Origin: Rebecca billardiae RCC1528
Taxonomy: Eukaryota; Protista; Haptophyta
Assembly (NCBI GenBank): GCA_965240325.2
Contig: OZ251228.1
Span: forward strand, 2,170,001 to 2,234,000
DNA: 64,000 nt
Direction of reading: 5' to 3'
The translations under genes and the position numbers were made by a program. How positions within the stretch are numbered: the stretch's first letter is position 1; each line of letters opens with the position of its first letter. The notes below the pieces were generated by a model that made no database searches, had not been told where the DNA came from, and saw nothing but the letters and a program-made list of their open reading frames with translations. This document shows, piece after piece, positions 1-10,919 of the stretch.

Positions 1-3000
1 GCTCCTCCTCGAACCCGCTCAGGTCGCGCTCGTCGTCGTCCGAGTCCTCCGCGCCGAGCACGGCCCGGTCGTCCTCGGCCGCGTACACCTGCACCCAGCG
101 CGGCACGGCCTCGCCCAGCTTGCGGCACAACGGCTCAAACGAGCCGACCAGCTTGGCGACGTCGGAGATGAGCGACTCGAAGGCGACGCCGATCGCGCGC
201 TTCGCCTGCTGCGACTCGCGCGCGAGCGCCTTCCGCCGCACCGAGCGCACCTGCAGCTGCCGCTCGAGCTCGTACACCGACAGCGCGCGCGCCTTGGCCA
301 GGTCCGCGTCGAGCGCGCCCGACGCGGCGACCGCCGCGGGCAGCGTGCCGCCGTGCGCGAGCAGCAGCGCGGCGACCTCGTACGAGTGCTGCAGCGCGTC
401 GACGAGCGGCGTGTTGCCCCACCGGTCCTTCGCGTTCACGTCCGCGCGCGCCGAGATCAGGTAGTCCACGGCGGACACCGAGCCGGCGCACGCCGCGAGG
501 TGGAGCGCGGTGCGCGCGTCGTAGTCGCCCGCGTCCACGTCCAGCCCGCAGTGCACGAGCAGCCGCAGCCGGCCGATGTCGCCCGAGCCCGCGGACTCGC
601 ACAGCCGCTCGGCGGAGGCCTCCTCGCTCGGCCGGCTGCCCGCGTCGTACAGCAGGTCGGTCACCAGCGCGCGCGAGTTCGTCATCGCGTCGTCCACCGG
701 CGTGCGCCCCCAGCGGTCCTTGACGTTCACGTCGGCCAGCCGGCTGACGAGAAACTCGACCACGCGCACGTTGCCCTCGGCCGCGGCGAGGTGGAGCGCG
801 GTGCGCCGGTCGTAGTCGCCCGCGTTGATCTCGAGGCCGTGCGAGAGGAGCGTCGCGATGTAGGTCACGTCGCCCGCCGACGCGGCGTTGCACAGCGCCG
901 CCGCGGGCTGCTCGAGCTCGAGCTGCGCGCCGCGCTCGCGCAGCGCGGCCGCGACCGCCTCGTGCCTGCCCGACACGGCGTCCTTGATCGGCGCGCCGCC
1001 CCACCGGTCGGTGACGGTGGGGTTGGCGCCGAGGTCGCACAGCAGCTCGACGACCTTGACGTTGCCCTCGGCCGCCGCGAGGTGCAGCGTCGTCCGCCCG
1101 TCGTAGTCCGCCGCGTCGAGGTCGAGCCCCGACTGCGCGAGCGTGCGCACCGTCTCGACGTCGCCCTCGGACGCCGCGTACGTCATCTGCGACAGCGAGT
1201 CCTCGTTGCGCCGCAGGATGGCGTCGCGCACCGTCTGCCGCAGCCGCTCGAAGTCGTCCGCCTCGGACGAGTCGGCGCCGGCGGCGGGCGAGCTGCCGCC
1301 GGCCGCGCCGCCGGCGCCGCCGCCGCCGCCGCCGCGCGGCTGCTGCTGCGCGCTCAGGTCGTTGCCCGCCTTGTCGAGCGCCACGTGCCTTAGCATGTTG
1401 GAGAGCACCACCTCCGCCTGCTCGGGGAAGGCGTCGAGGATCTCGTCGTACGCGCCGCGCGTGAGGAGGAGGAGCGTGACGTCGCCCACGCCGGTGGCGG
1501 AGACGGTGTGCGGCTGGACGATGCCGAGGAAGAAGGAGAACTCGCCCACGACCGCGCTCTCGCCCACGTCCGAGCGGATCGTCGCGATGTGCACGTCCGC
1601 GGCGCGCACGTGCAGCGAGCCGGAGCGGCAGAAGAGCAGCTCGCGCGTGCCGTCGCCCTGCTTCCACAGCACCTCGTTGGGCATGACGTGGCGCTCCTTG
1701 AGCGCGATCACGACCTCGTTGAGGAACTGCGGCGCGGCGCCCTTGAACACCCACGCCGCCTCGATGTGCCGGCGGTACTGCGCCGACGCGACGCGCACCT
1801 TGAGCGAGTGCGGCAGCTGGCCAAACACGTGCGCGTGCGCCGACGACGCCTTTGAGTTTTGAAACTCAAAGTACGCGTGCAGCGCGCGCGCGAGCCGGGC
1901 GGGCAGCTTGCGCGCGCGCGCGTACTCGTCCACCGCGCGGAGCAGGTCCTTGTACCGCGCCGTCCCCTCGTCCGTGCGGAAGAGGTAGTGGAAGAGCGTG
2001 CCGAGCACGAACGCGTAGAAGACGATCTGGCAGAAGCAGACGGCGTTCATCAGCAGCAGCTCCTTGAGCGAGACGGGCACCGTCACGTACCCGAGCGCGG
2101 TCATGCCGCCCATCGCCATGTACAGCGCGGCCCAGTACTTCTCCAAGTCGGAGTTCGTGTCCGGGTCGAACCGCGGGTTGCCCGTCAGCTGGTAGAGCTG
2201 CCCCGCCCACGTGTGCGGCGCGATCGGCCCGTCGTGGTAGCCGCCCACCGCCGCGACGCCGTGCTCGCCCGCCGGCAGCGTCTGCTGCGCGACGAGCCAC
2301 CAGACGCACGCGAGGAGGTGCGGCAGCCCGATCACCACGATGGTGAACTTGAACACGGCGAGGTACAGCACGTTCGTCGTCAGGTCGGTCGACACGCGGC
2401 CCACGTACACGTACAGGTCGAAGACGCGCAGCAGCCGCACCGCCTGCGCCGCGTACCAGGGTGCGTACCCGCCGCCCGCGAGCGCGGTCGCGCGCGCGCC
2501 GTGCAGGAGGAGCACGCCGAGCAGGTCGGGCCCGAGCCGGCCGAGCGTGTACGGGTACAGCGCGGCGCCCGCGTCCTCGCGCTCCTCCGCCGTGAACGCC
2601 GAGCGCAGGTCGGCCTCCGCCAGCACGTCCGCCGCCATGCGGCACAGCTCAAACCAGTCGAGGCTCACGTCGACCGCGAGCGAGAAGGGCGCGTGCGCGG
2701 TGAGCGCGGGGAAGGCCACGCGCATCGGGAGCGAGAAGAACTCGAGCGTGAGGCACGGCATGCGCAGCACCTTGTAGTGCGCCGCGAGCCGCTCGCGCAG
2801 CTGCTGCCGCTGCAGCGCGCGCGCCTGCTCGAGCTCGGCTTCCGCGTCGGCGTCGGCGCCGTCGCCCGCAGCGTCCTCGACCAGCTGCGCCGCCCAGCGC
2901 ACGGCGCGCTGGGAGGCGGCGGAGCGGTAGTGCGCCTTGTACTGGCGCGACGAGCGCAGGATCGGGCGCACGCTCGACTTGGCGCCGTGGGCGCCCGCGC

Positions 3001-3502
3001 CACCGCCGCCCGCGCCACCGCCGCGCAGCTGGCGCCGCCACCGGCTGGTGCCGCCCTCACGCGGCCGCGCACCGCACCGCCCCGCGAGCGTGCGCGCGAC
3101 GCGCTGCGCGCGGAAGAGCACGAGCGTCCAGCCGCTGAGCACGACCCCCGAAGCCTCGAACGCGCCCTGCTCGGCCCCTTTCCCGGCGCCCCGCGCCGCC
3201 GCCGCCGCCGCCGCCGCCGCGCCACCTCCTGGCGCGTTCGTCGAGGCGAGCGATATGCCGTAGCTGTTGTGCGCGAGGAGAGACGAGCGGCGGCCGGAAG
3301 CGGTCGTCCGCTCGACTTCGCCTCGCGAACCCCCCACGCCGCCGCTCGGGGGCTTCCCCGGCGGCTTCTTTTGCGGGCTGCCCCGCCGAGGGCGCGCGGG
3401 CTGCATCTGCCCTAGCGCGGCGAAGGACGTCGCGACGTTGCCCCGCGGCTGTAGCGTTCCCTGTCGGTTCGTACGAGGTCGGGGTGAACCAAATCGATCC
3501 AT
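1..3502 (-). CDS. Shaker/AKT1-like 6TM cation channel with cyclic-nucleotide-binding domain and ankyrin repeats (3' end runs off the window)
   Basis: Manual translation of an open minus frame that is missing from the ORF track because it has no stop in the window. Pore region KYWAALYMAMGGMTALGYVTVP, then C-linker and CNBD (EVLWKQGD...VVGEFSFFLGIVQPHTV), then ankyrin repeats DYDGRTTLHLAAAEGN, DYDRRTALHLAAAEGN, DYDARTALHLAACAGS. Alternative starts at 3406 and 3520. Confidence 0.88.
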   Translation of the reverse strand, partial: MDRFGSPRPRTNRQGTLQPRGNVATSFAALGQMQPARPRRGSPQKKPPGKPPSGGVGGSRGEVERTTASGRRSSLLAHNSYGISLASTNAPGGGAAAAAAAAARGAGKGAEQGAFEASGVVLSGWTLVLFRAQRVARTLAGRCGARPREGGTSRWRRQLRGGGAGGGGAGAHGAKSSVRPILRSSRQYKAHYRSAASQRAVRWAAQLVEDAAGDGADADAEAELEQARALQRQQLRERLAAHYKVLRMPCLTLEFFSLPMRVAFPALTAHAPFSLAVDVSLDWFELCRMAADVLAEADLRSAFTAEEREDAGAALYPYTLGRLGPDLLGVLLLHGARATALAGGGYAPWYAAQAVRLLRVFDLYVYVGRVSTDLTTNVLYLAVFKFTIVVIGLPHLLACVWWLVAQQTLPAGEHGVAAVGGYHDGPIAPHTWAGQLYQLTGNPRFDPDTNSDLEKYWAALYMAMGGMTALGYVTVPVSLKELLLMNAVCFCQIVFYAFVLGTLFHYLFRTDEGTARYKDLLRAVDEYARARKLPARLARALHAYFEFQNSKASSAHAHVFGQLPHSLKVRVASAQYRRHIEAAWVFKGAAPQFLNEVVIALKERHVMPNEVLWKQGDGTRELLFCRSGSLHVRAADVHIATIRSDVGESAVVGEFSFFLGIVQPHTVSATGVGDVTLLLLTRGAYDEILDAFPEQAEVVLSNMLRHVALDKAGNDLSAQQQPRGGGGGGAGGAAGGSSPAAGADSSEADDFERLRQTVRDAILRRNEDSLSQMTYAASEGDVETVRTLAQSGLDLDAADYDGRTTLHLAAAEGNVKVVELLCDLGANPTVTDRWGGAPIKDAVSGRHEAVAAALRERGAQLELEQPAAALCNAASAGDVTYIATLLSHGLEINAGDYDRRTALHLAAAEGNVRVVEFLVSRLADVNVKDRWGRTPVDDAMTNSRALVTDLLYDAGSRPSEEASAERLCESAGSGDIGRLRLLVHCGLDVDAGDYDARTALHLAACAGSVSAVDYLISARADVNAKDRWGNTPLVDALQHSYEVAALLLAHGGTLPAAVAASGALDADLAKARALSVYELERQLQVRSVRRKALARESQQAKRAIGVAFESLISDVAKLVGSFEPLCRKLGEAVPRWVQVYAAEDDRAVLGAEDSDDDERDLSGFEEE

Positions 3503-3979
3503 CAAATGACGATCCGGCATCCTGTTCTTAAATATTGTGCGCGCGTCGCAGGGCTTCCCGGCCCTGAACCAACCGGCTCCTATTGCTTTCCGCCTGAGAA
3601 TGGTATGTGCGTAACGCCCCTCCGGTATGTGGATGCAGGTGCGGTTTGAAGGGGGGGTAAGACGGTAATACGCCCTGAGAAGTTCAGAGTAGGGGGGTAG
3701 TGCTGTCGTCAGTGAATCTTTCCCTCGAGAGAACGAGATGCTGGTCGTCGTTTTGATTCCCCTGGTTGACGAGCGCCCTTTAACGAAAAGTCGAAAACAT
3801 CGATGAGTACTACATAGTACAGTAGGCTTTGACGGAAACGAATGATGATGACCCGATTGACGACGATTAGCTCATCAGGCAGGCGAGATAGTATGACGCT
3901 CAAGGGACCGCGGTTTCGGGGCGCCGGAGCGCTGAGGAACCGAGCCCCTGATTATTATTTTGTCCGAACCCCGCGATCA

Positions 3980-4020
3980 ACTCATTCTATGATTATTATT
4001 TTAACGACACAGGTAGGACG
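3980..4020 (+). repeat. Degenerate copy of the ACTCATTCTATGATTTAACGACACAGGTAGGACG transposon-end motif
   Basis: Matches 27303-27336 with a ~7-nt insertion. Confidence 0.75.
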
Positions 4021-5839
4021 AACTCCAAAAAGCGAACGCCGCCTGACGAACGAAGGTCGGTAGTTGTTGTCAGAGCGAAGGTTCTGCATCCTATACTACA
4101 GGTAAGGACCCTGAGATTCCCCATCAACCGCTCCTGGTTCCTCAAGGAACGTTTCTCGGCACAACCAGCCTGAAGCCCTGAACTCGCTGAGCGTCCGCGC
4201 CGCGGTTGGGCGGTACTCCTCGCGCGCCACGTTGATCGGCACCTCCGTCTCCATGCAATGAACAGTGGTACTAGTAGCCGATGATGGCGACCCACCGCGG
4301 CTCCGACCCTTCAGGCTGGTCACTCACAGTCACGCGATGCCGTTGACACACGTGCACATGCACGCGGACGTGAGACGAGCAAGGCGGCTGTGCAGATGGA
4401 TCATTTTCGTCTCATCAGGTCAATGTGCGCGCCCGTCGTCAGCCCGTGATCGGCGCTGGCTCTCGCATTCAACTTATTGGATTGCTGTCGGGTCGGCAGG
4501 TAGAAGATTCGCGCCCGGTCAGGGCCGCCGACTGAGACCCGCGGACCCGTGAGGTCCTCGACTCCTCGGCGGTTACGCAGGCGTCCGAGATCGTTCGAGC
4601 AAGCTTATTATCAAACTCAGCTGGCCGCAGCACGCCGGACTTGCCATGAATGCATATGTGCACCCCAGCACCGCTTGTGGGCTAAGTGAGTCCCCTGACT
4701 CGCTGCAGTACTACTAGTACGGTACGACTGTACAACGGTACAGTACAACATGATCACATAACATGATCACATAATGCTTTCGGGCCGCGTGCAAGACCAA
4801 GAGACTGCCAACAAGTCCGCGATTCTGCTGAGTGCCCAGATGGCCGAAACAGACAGGCTAGTGCGGGCTGGGTCGCCCGCACAGTGTACCCGCACCCGCA
4901 CCCACCTTCGGAGGTGGCTCCGGGAACGGCATCCCGTGATTCCAGTAATCGGCGCATGCGCTGACTCGGAGGGACCGACGGACTCACACGCTTGATTACT
5001 GTACTCAGTCAGCGACCACTCAGCGGATCGGCCGGATGTCCATCGCGCCAGGTTTGCCAGCCAGCAGTGCCCGCTGAGTCAGCTATGCGCGCATATCCGT
5101 GTCACTCAAACAGCAGTGCGCTTATCAGTACCGCGTACTGATACGGGCGCTGTCGTCCCAGGCAAGCGCTCGCGGCGAGTCCTTGTGGCCGGGCGTCGAG
5201 CGGCCTTGACGCTGCCGCTGGGACGTGCAGGAAGGGGCGTGGGTACCATCCGGCGCCATCATGATCATTATTGCCGCCCTATAATAATAAGTATATAAGC
5301 TAAGCAGGCCGGTTTTTGGCGCGCTCCGTAACTTCTAAGGCGAAGCGGTACACGGTGATGAGTGATGAACTGAGCAGGCAGCTCACTCGGACTCGTACTG
5401 ATCTGAGCCGCCGCGTGTGAGAGTGCCACGGACGACGACATCGCGGACCGAGTAGACTGAACTGTCACAGCACGGTAGGTTTGTCAGTTACGGTTGTCAG
5501 TTAGCATTGGACCGTAGTAGTGATGACGGCTGCCGGGACAGCCGGGGAATACTAGGACCGAGAAAGAACGGCCCCAGCGGCAGGGCTGCCTAGCTAACCA
5601 CGCGGTGCGCCGGACCGTGTCGACCGCGACGGACTCTGCGCCACCGCGCGGAGCCGCGCGGGAGCCGCCGCCGCAGGGTCCCATGCCGCCCAGGGGCAGG
5701 GACCGCCGGACACAATGCAGGGTGCGGCCGTCGGGACTCGGGACCGACAGAACCGTGGCACTGGTGATGACTCCGGTGGCCTGCGCAGCCAGTTCGGCCA
5801 GCGCTCGGCCACGGAGGAGCCGAGCCGGCTGTGGTGTGC

Positions 5840-7366
5840 TCACGGGAAGGAGGCGTCGAGCGAGGAGGGCGGCACCTCGAGGCCCACGCCCTGCACGCCC
5901 GAGGGCAGCGTGTACCGCAGCGTCGGCGTCGCGCGCAGCGCGTGCGCGAACGCGAGCGCAAACAGCGCCGGCTCGGCGCGCAGCCCGTCGCACTCGCCCA
6001 TCTCGAGCTGCGAGATGTGCGGCGCGCGCTGCACGATCGTGTACAGGCCCGCGGCCGAGAGCGCGGTGCAGCCCTCGAGCAGCAGCGTGCGCAGCGCGGG
6101 CAGCGCGCCCGTGGCCGCCAGGCTCGCGCGCGCGTTCCACCGGATGTCCAGCGCCTCGAGCCGCTCCGCGTCGTGCAGCCGCACCGCCGCCAGCCCCTCA
6201 AACACAAACGGGTCCTGGTGCACGTCGAGCGAGACGAGCCGCGGGCAGCGCGTCTCGAGGCGGCACGCGTGGTTGAGCAGCAGCGCGGAGAGGTTGAGCG
6301 TGCGCAGCTCGGCGTGCGCGAGCTCGAGCACCGCCGCGCCGCGGTCGGAGTACGCGCCCGCGCACGTGAGCGCGCGCAGCCGGGGCAGCGCGGCGCACGC
6401 GTCGAGCGCCACGCCCAGTGGCATGCCCGTGGGCAGCGACAGGTGGACGAGGCGCGCGTGCGCCGCGGAGGCGAGGAGCGGCCGGACCTCGGGCTCGCCG
6501 AGCGCGAAGCACCCCGCGCAGTCGAGCGACTCGATCGCCGGCGGCAGCGCGTCGAGCTCGCCGAGGTCGGTGTCTGACCACGACACGTCGAGCGCGCGCA
6601 TCGCCGGGCAGCGCGGCAGCAGCCAGCGCGCGCCCGCGCGCGAGAGCCCGTCCATGTGGCAGAGCTGCAGCTCTCGGAGCGCCTCGGAGAGGGGCTCGGG
6701 GGGCACGTCGTCCTCGGCCGGGGCATCCTCCGCGCCCTGCGCCTCCGCACCCTCCGCCTGCGTCACGGCGGCCGCCGCTGCGGCCGGCGCGTCCTCGGCG
6801 CGCGCGTCCGCGGTCGCGGGCGTGAGCGCGACCTCGTTCTCGGCGGTGGCGCTGAGGAGGGCGGGCGGTGGCGCGAGCGCGCTGCCCGAGCACTGGCGCA
6901 GCGCGAGCGCGCGCAGCCCCGCGCACCGACGCACGAGGTGCACCACCAGCCCGAGCAGCGCGTCCGAGGGGTCCTGCCCCGGCGCGCGCTCGTACCCGGC
7001 GGCCGGCGCGCCGCTCAGCCGCACGGAGCTCACAGACAAGGCGCGCACGCGCGGGGTGAGCGCGAGGAGGCGCTCGAGATCGAGAAAGTCGAGCTCAGAC
7101 TCGCCATCAGCGCACACGAGGGACACGACCGCCTCGGCGGTCACGGCAGGTGACGGGTCGTCCGTGCGCGAGCTCAGGCACGCTGACACGCCGCCGCCCG
7201 CCGCCGCGTCGATGGCGACGTGTGTGACCGTTGCCCAGCACGCACGTGCGGCCGACCGCCAGGAAGAGCAGACCAACGACGCGGCACCCCATGCGCGGGG
7301 CCCCGCCCCAGCGATCACGTGGACCAGCACGTCGTGGGGCAAGGCGGGCGGGACGCCCCCCTCCAT
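5840..7366 (-). CDS. F-box/LRR (FBXL-like) protein
   Basis: N-terminal F-box ALPHDVLVHVI...ASLVCSSWRSAA followed by LRRs (LRELQLCHM, MRALDVSWS, LRTLNLS, LRTLLLEGC). Confidence 0.8.
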   Translation of the reverse strand: MEGGVPPALPHDVLVHVIAGAGPRAWGAASLVCSSWRSAARACWATVTHVAIDAAAGGGVSACLSSRTDDPSPAVTAEAVVSLVCADGESELDFLDLERLLALTPRVRALSVSSVRLSGAPAAGYERAPGQDPSDALLGLVVHLVRRCAGLRALALRQCSGSALAPPPALLSATAENEVALTPATADARAEDAPAAAAAAVTQAEGAEAQGAEDAPAEDDVPPEPLSEALRELQLCHMDGLSRAGARWLLPRCPAMRALDVSWSDTDLGELDALPPAIESLDCAGCFALGEPEVRPLLASAAHARLVHLSLPTGMPLGVALDACAALPRLRALTCAGAYSDRGAAVLELAHAELRTLNLSALLLNHACRLETRCPRLVSLDVHQDPFVFEGLAAVRLHDAERLEALDIRWNARASLAATGALPALRTLLLEGCTALSAAGLYTIVQRAPHISQLEMGECDGLRAEPALFALAFAHALRATPTLRYTLPSGVQGVGLEVPPSSLDASFP

Positions 7367-7591
7367 GATGATGAACGGATCTTGAATGCTGCTCGTTGAG
7401 CAGGCACCCGGCGGCGGGGCCGAAGCCGGCTGGGCGGGCAGCGGGCGTGGACGCACGCTGTCGATCGTCGGCGGGTGGGGCGGCCCGGCCTCTTCGGGCT
7501 CCGATCAGCAAGAATGTTCTGACGCGTTCGCCAGGACTCGCGCCCGACAAGGTCCGTGAGCCGAGGGACAAGGGTGGTCGGACAGGTCACC

Positions 7592-8293
7592 ATGGCGGAC
7601 GCCGCGCGCAAGCAGTTCTGGCTGCCGCTCGAGTCCAACCCCGAGATGCTGAACGAGTTCTCGGCGAAGATCGGCGCCGGCGGGGGCGCGTTCGCCTTTC
7701 ACGACGTGTACGGCCTCGACGCCGAGCTGCTCGCCATGGTCCCGAAGCCGTGCGCAGCGGTGACCCTGCTCTTCCCTTCGAGCAAGCTGAAGGAGGCCAA
7801 AGCGACGCAGCTGCAGGAGCTCGAGAAAAGCGGGTACGCGCCGGACGACGGCATCTTCTTCATCAAGCAGTACGTTGGCAACGCATGCGGCACCATCGCC
7901 GCCTTGCACGCGCTCTCCAACAACCCGCACCTCATCCAGGAGGGCTCGGACTTGGCAACGTTCGTCGCGGCCAACAAGGAGCTCGCGCCTGCCGAGCGAG
8001 GCAACAACCTGTCGAGCGCGGAGTTCGTGCGCGCCGCCACGTCTGCGAGCGCCCAGGGCGGGCAGACGCAAACCCCCGAGCTCGGTGAGGACGTCGACCA
8101 CCACTTCATCACCTTCATCTCGCACGCGGGGGCCGTGTACGAGCTCGACGGCGCCAAGCCGTACCCGATCAACCACGGACCGGCGGGCGACGACCTGCTC
8201 GCCGCCGTCGCGGAGGTCATCAAGGCGCGCTTCATCGCCGTCGCGCCCGATGGCATGTTCAACATGATGGCGCTAGCGCCAGCGGCGGAGTGA
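7592..8293 (+). CDS. Ubiquitin C-terminal hydrolase (peptidase C12, UCH-L3-like)
   Basis: WLPLESNPE, KQYVGNACGTIAALH (catalytic Q/C), DHHFITF (H), YELDG (D). Confidence 0.95.
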   Translation: MADAARKQFWLPLESNPEMLNEFSAKIGAGGGAFAFHDVYGLDAELLAMVPKPCAAVTLLFPSSKLKEAKATQLQELEKSGYAPDDGIFFIKQYVGNACGTIAALHALSNNPHLIQEGSDLATFVAANKELAPAERGNNLSSAEFVRAATSASAQGGQTQTPELGEDVDHHFITFISHAGAVYELDGAKPYPINHGPAGDDLLAAVAEVIKARFIAVAPDGMFNMMALAPAAE

Positions 8294-9438
8294 TCAGGCG
8301 CCTTAGCCCGTGCCGCCGACTGCCCCGTCAGGCCCGGAGCCCCCCCGTGGAGGCGGCCCAGCCCCGAATCGGTCAGTCTGTTGGCACCATTGCCCTTGAA
8401 CATGTGGTGTTGCGCAATTTTCACCGCGGTACGTCGATCGCGCATGTAATTTCTGATTATATGAGCGAGTTCGTCGTCGGCACTCGCCGCCGCTCACCCG
8501 TCTGTCTGACGCCCTAGCGCTCCCGCCTCCCGAGGAGGCCTGACCGTGTCTGAGTGACCCGCCGCCTGGGACCAGTGCTGCCAAAATCGGACCGCGCCAC
8601 CGCGGGCCACATCACTCATCAGAAATCACATCATTCGATATCTTTCTCACGACGACTGCTCATCCTGTGTGCAATTCGGCTTGCATCAGCCGGCCGGCGC
8701 GCAGTCTCATCATCAGGCCTGCCGGCGATAGATACCGTGACTGACTGACAGTCTCTGAGTCATACTGCTGCAGCTGCTGGCTGCTAGTAGTGCTGCCCGT
8801 GGCCGTGACTCGTGAGACGTCAGAGGTGACTGTGAAGTGTGAGGGCTGACCGTTGACTTGACTAACCGTTGAGGGAGTCACTCAGTCACTGAGGCCTGGC
8901 GGAAGCGGTCGCGCGTCGCGGTATGACTATGACTACGGCCGACGGCCCCCAGTGGCCGTGACGAATTACGGTCCCAGTGCCGCGCCCTGGCATTGAGTCG
9001 CACAGCCACGGATCTGCCACTGTGCTGCATCGTGGCCATGCACTATGCAGCTGACGATCCGGGGCCGGAGCGCGCGCGGGCATGCAAGCCGGCTGCTCCG
9101 GCGGCCGTGCCGACCGGCTGGCACCCTTGCCAACGCAGCTTGCCAACTCACTCAACTGGCCGTCTGGCGGGGGCGACGAGTGATCCGGGAATATATATAT
9201 ATACTCATCAAGCAGTAGAACTCCACTACGCTACGACTCTTTAATCGTCAAGACTGATGAGTCAGCTTAGAGATGTCGTGACATAATCTGGCAGTGTATA
9301 GTAGTGACACTGACAGGCGCGCGGCCGCGGCCCGCACTCGGGCCCGGGGCGGCAGGCGGGCCCGACCGGCGACCCAGCCAGGTAGTGCGGCGCAGCTCAC
9401 GGAGGCGAGAGACTGCCGCACCGCCACCGTCGAGTCTG

Positions 9439-10719
9439 CTACGGCGAGCCGCGGGCTCTGGGCCTGGCCTTGGGGCTGCCAGCGGCAGGGGTCCCGGGGC
9501 TGCGTGGACCATGGCGCGAGCCGGCCGCCGGGCTGTGCCGCGTGCCGCTCTGACGTGGCCCGCGTTGCGGACTGCTCTGATCGGCGCTGCTTGCGCTGGC
9601 AACGCCGCGGCCAGCGCTGCTGCCACCACGCCCGCGTCGACCGCGAGGATGCGACTGCGCCGGTGGTGACTGCTGCGCGTCGTGCCCCACCCGCCCGCGG
9701 CCCCGCCCGCCGCGGCCGCGGCCCCGCTCGCTGTGGCCTGCAGATGCGGCGTGTGGCTGCGCGCCGGCTGAGCCGGCCGCGACGGGCAGCTTCGCCACGG
9801 CCGGGGTACCCACTGGTTCTCGCCAGGCGGCGAGGAACGGGCTGAGCGCGATGACGACCACCGAGACGTTGTCTTCGCACATGACGCTCGCGAGCGCGCG
9901 CTGCACCAGCCCCGCCGCGACCTGGTCGAGCCCTGAGGGCTGGCCGCGCGCGCGGCGGAAGAGCTTGTGCGCGCACTCGACCGCCTCCTCCGGCGACAGC
10001 ACGTCCCACAGCCCGTCGCACGCGATGATGATGAACTCGTCCGTGTCCTGCACCTCGAAGCGCCGGACGTCAGGCACCGCACTCACCAGGTCCGGCTTGT
10101 ACTCCACGTCGCCGAAGCCACGCGAGACGCTGAGGTCGCCCATCAGCCGCTCGATGCCGGCGACGATTCTCACAAACCCGCCCGCGCGCTGAATGCGCTC
10201 GAGCTCGGACGGGTCTCCCGGCTTGTGGTCCACGGTGAGCGGCAGCGCAACGCCTGCGCGGCTGAGTACCGCTCGCGAGTCGCCGAGGTTCGCAGCGTAC
10301 AGCGCGCGCCCGAGCAGAATGACGGAGCATGCAGTGGAGCCATCCTCCCAGTCGGCGCGGGGCGGAGCGTGCGCGCGCGCGGCAATCTCGGCCTCGGTCC
10401 GTTCGAACGCGCCGACAATGGCGTCAGTGACAAGGTCGCCGTCTTCGAGCCCGTTCGCCCCAAGAGGGTACAGCTGCTTGGCCAGCGCGACGTAGAGCGT
10501 GCTCGCGGCAACCTTGGCGGCACGCACGCCACCATGGCCATCAAAGACGGCATAGAATGCGCACGGCGGCAGCCCGTCGGGCTTCTTGCACACGTGCGCG
10601 GCGGCGGACCATAAGGACTCGGCCGTGACGTGGCGGTCCTCCATTGACGGGCGCCGCCCCTGCGCGCACGCCGCGGCCGACGCCACCGGCCACGGCGAGC
10701 CAGCAGGCTGCACGGCCAT
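9439..10719 (-). CDS. Protein phosphatase 2C with RG/RGG-rich C-terminal tail
   Basis: QGRRPSMEDRH, VFDGHGG, DGSTA, ANLGDSRAVL, DHKP, LSVSRGFGD, IIACDGLWDV, EDNVSVVVI. Confidence 0.95.
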   Translation of the reverse strand: MAVQPAGSPWPVASAAACAQGRRPSMEDRHVTAESLWSAAAHVCKKPDGLPPCAFYAVFDGHGGVRAAKVAASTLYVALAKQLYPLGANGLEDGDLVTDAIVGAFERTEAEIAARAHAPPRADWEDGSTACSVILLGRALYAANLGDSRAVLSRAGVALPLTVDHKPGDPSELERIQRAGGFVRIVAGIERLMGDLSVSRGFGDVEYKPDLVSAVPDVRRFEVQDTDEFIIIACDGLWDVLSPEEAVECAHKLFRRARGQPSGLDQVAAGLVQRALASVMCEDNVSVVVIALSPFLAAWREPVGTPAVAKLPVAAGSAGAQPHAASAGHSERGRGRGGRGRGRVGHDAQQSPPAQSHPRGRRGRGGSSAGRGVASASSADQSSPQRGPRQSGTRHSPAAGSRHGPRSPGTPAAGSPKARPRARGSP

Positions 10720-10919
10720 TTCAACTGGCTCTCTGCTCCGCCTGGACGGCTGTGCTGCGGTGGTCAGCTCGGTCCTTGGGACGAACAGCTTTATTTACCT
10801 TTATCTTTTCGAGTCGTTCGTTTTCAGTTGGTGTTGGTGGGCCCGCCGAGCCGCCGCACGATGGCGGTTTGAGCGGAGGCGCCACTCTTGATCACAAGGG
10901 GGTGGAGCGTGGGCTCCCG

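Noticed and set aside
135-3415. Long Arg/Ala-rich ORFs (135-1754, 353-1393, 1859-3415) and similar shadow ORFs across the window
   Set aside because: They are alternative-frame or antisense shadows of high-GC3 genes; the true channel frame is not in the ORF track
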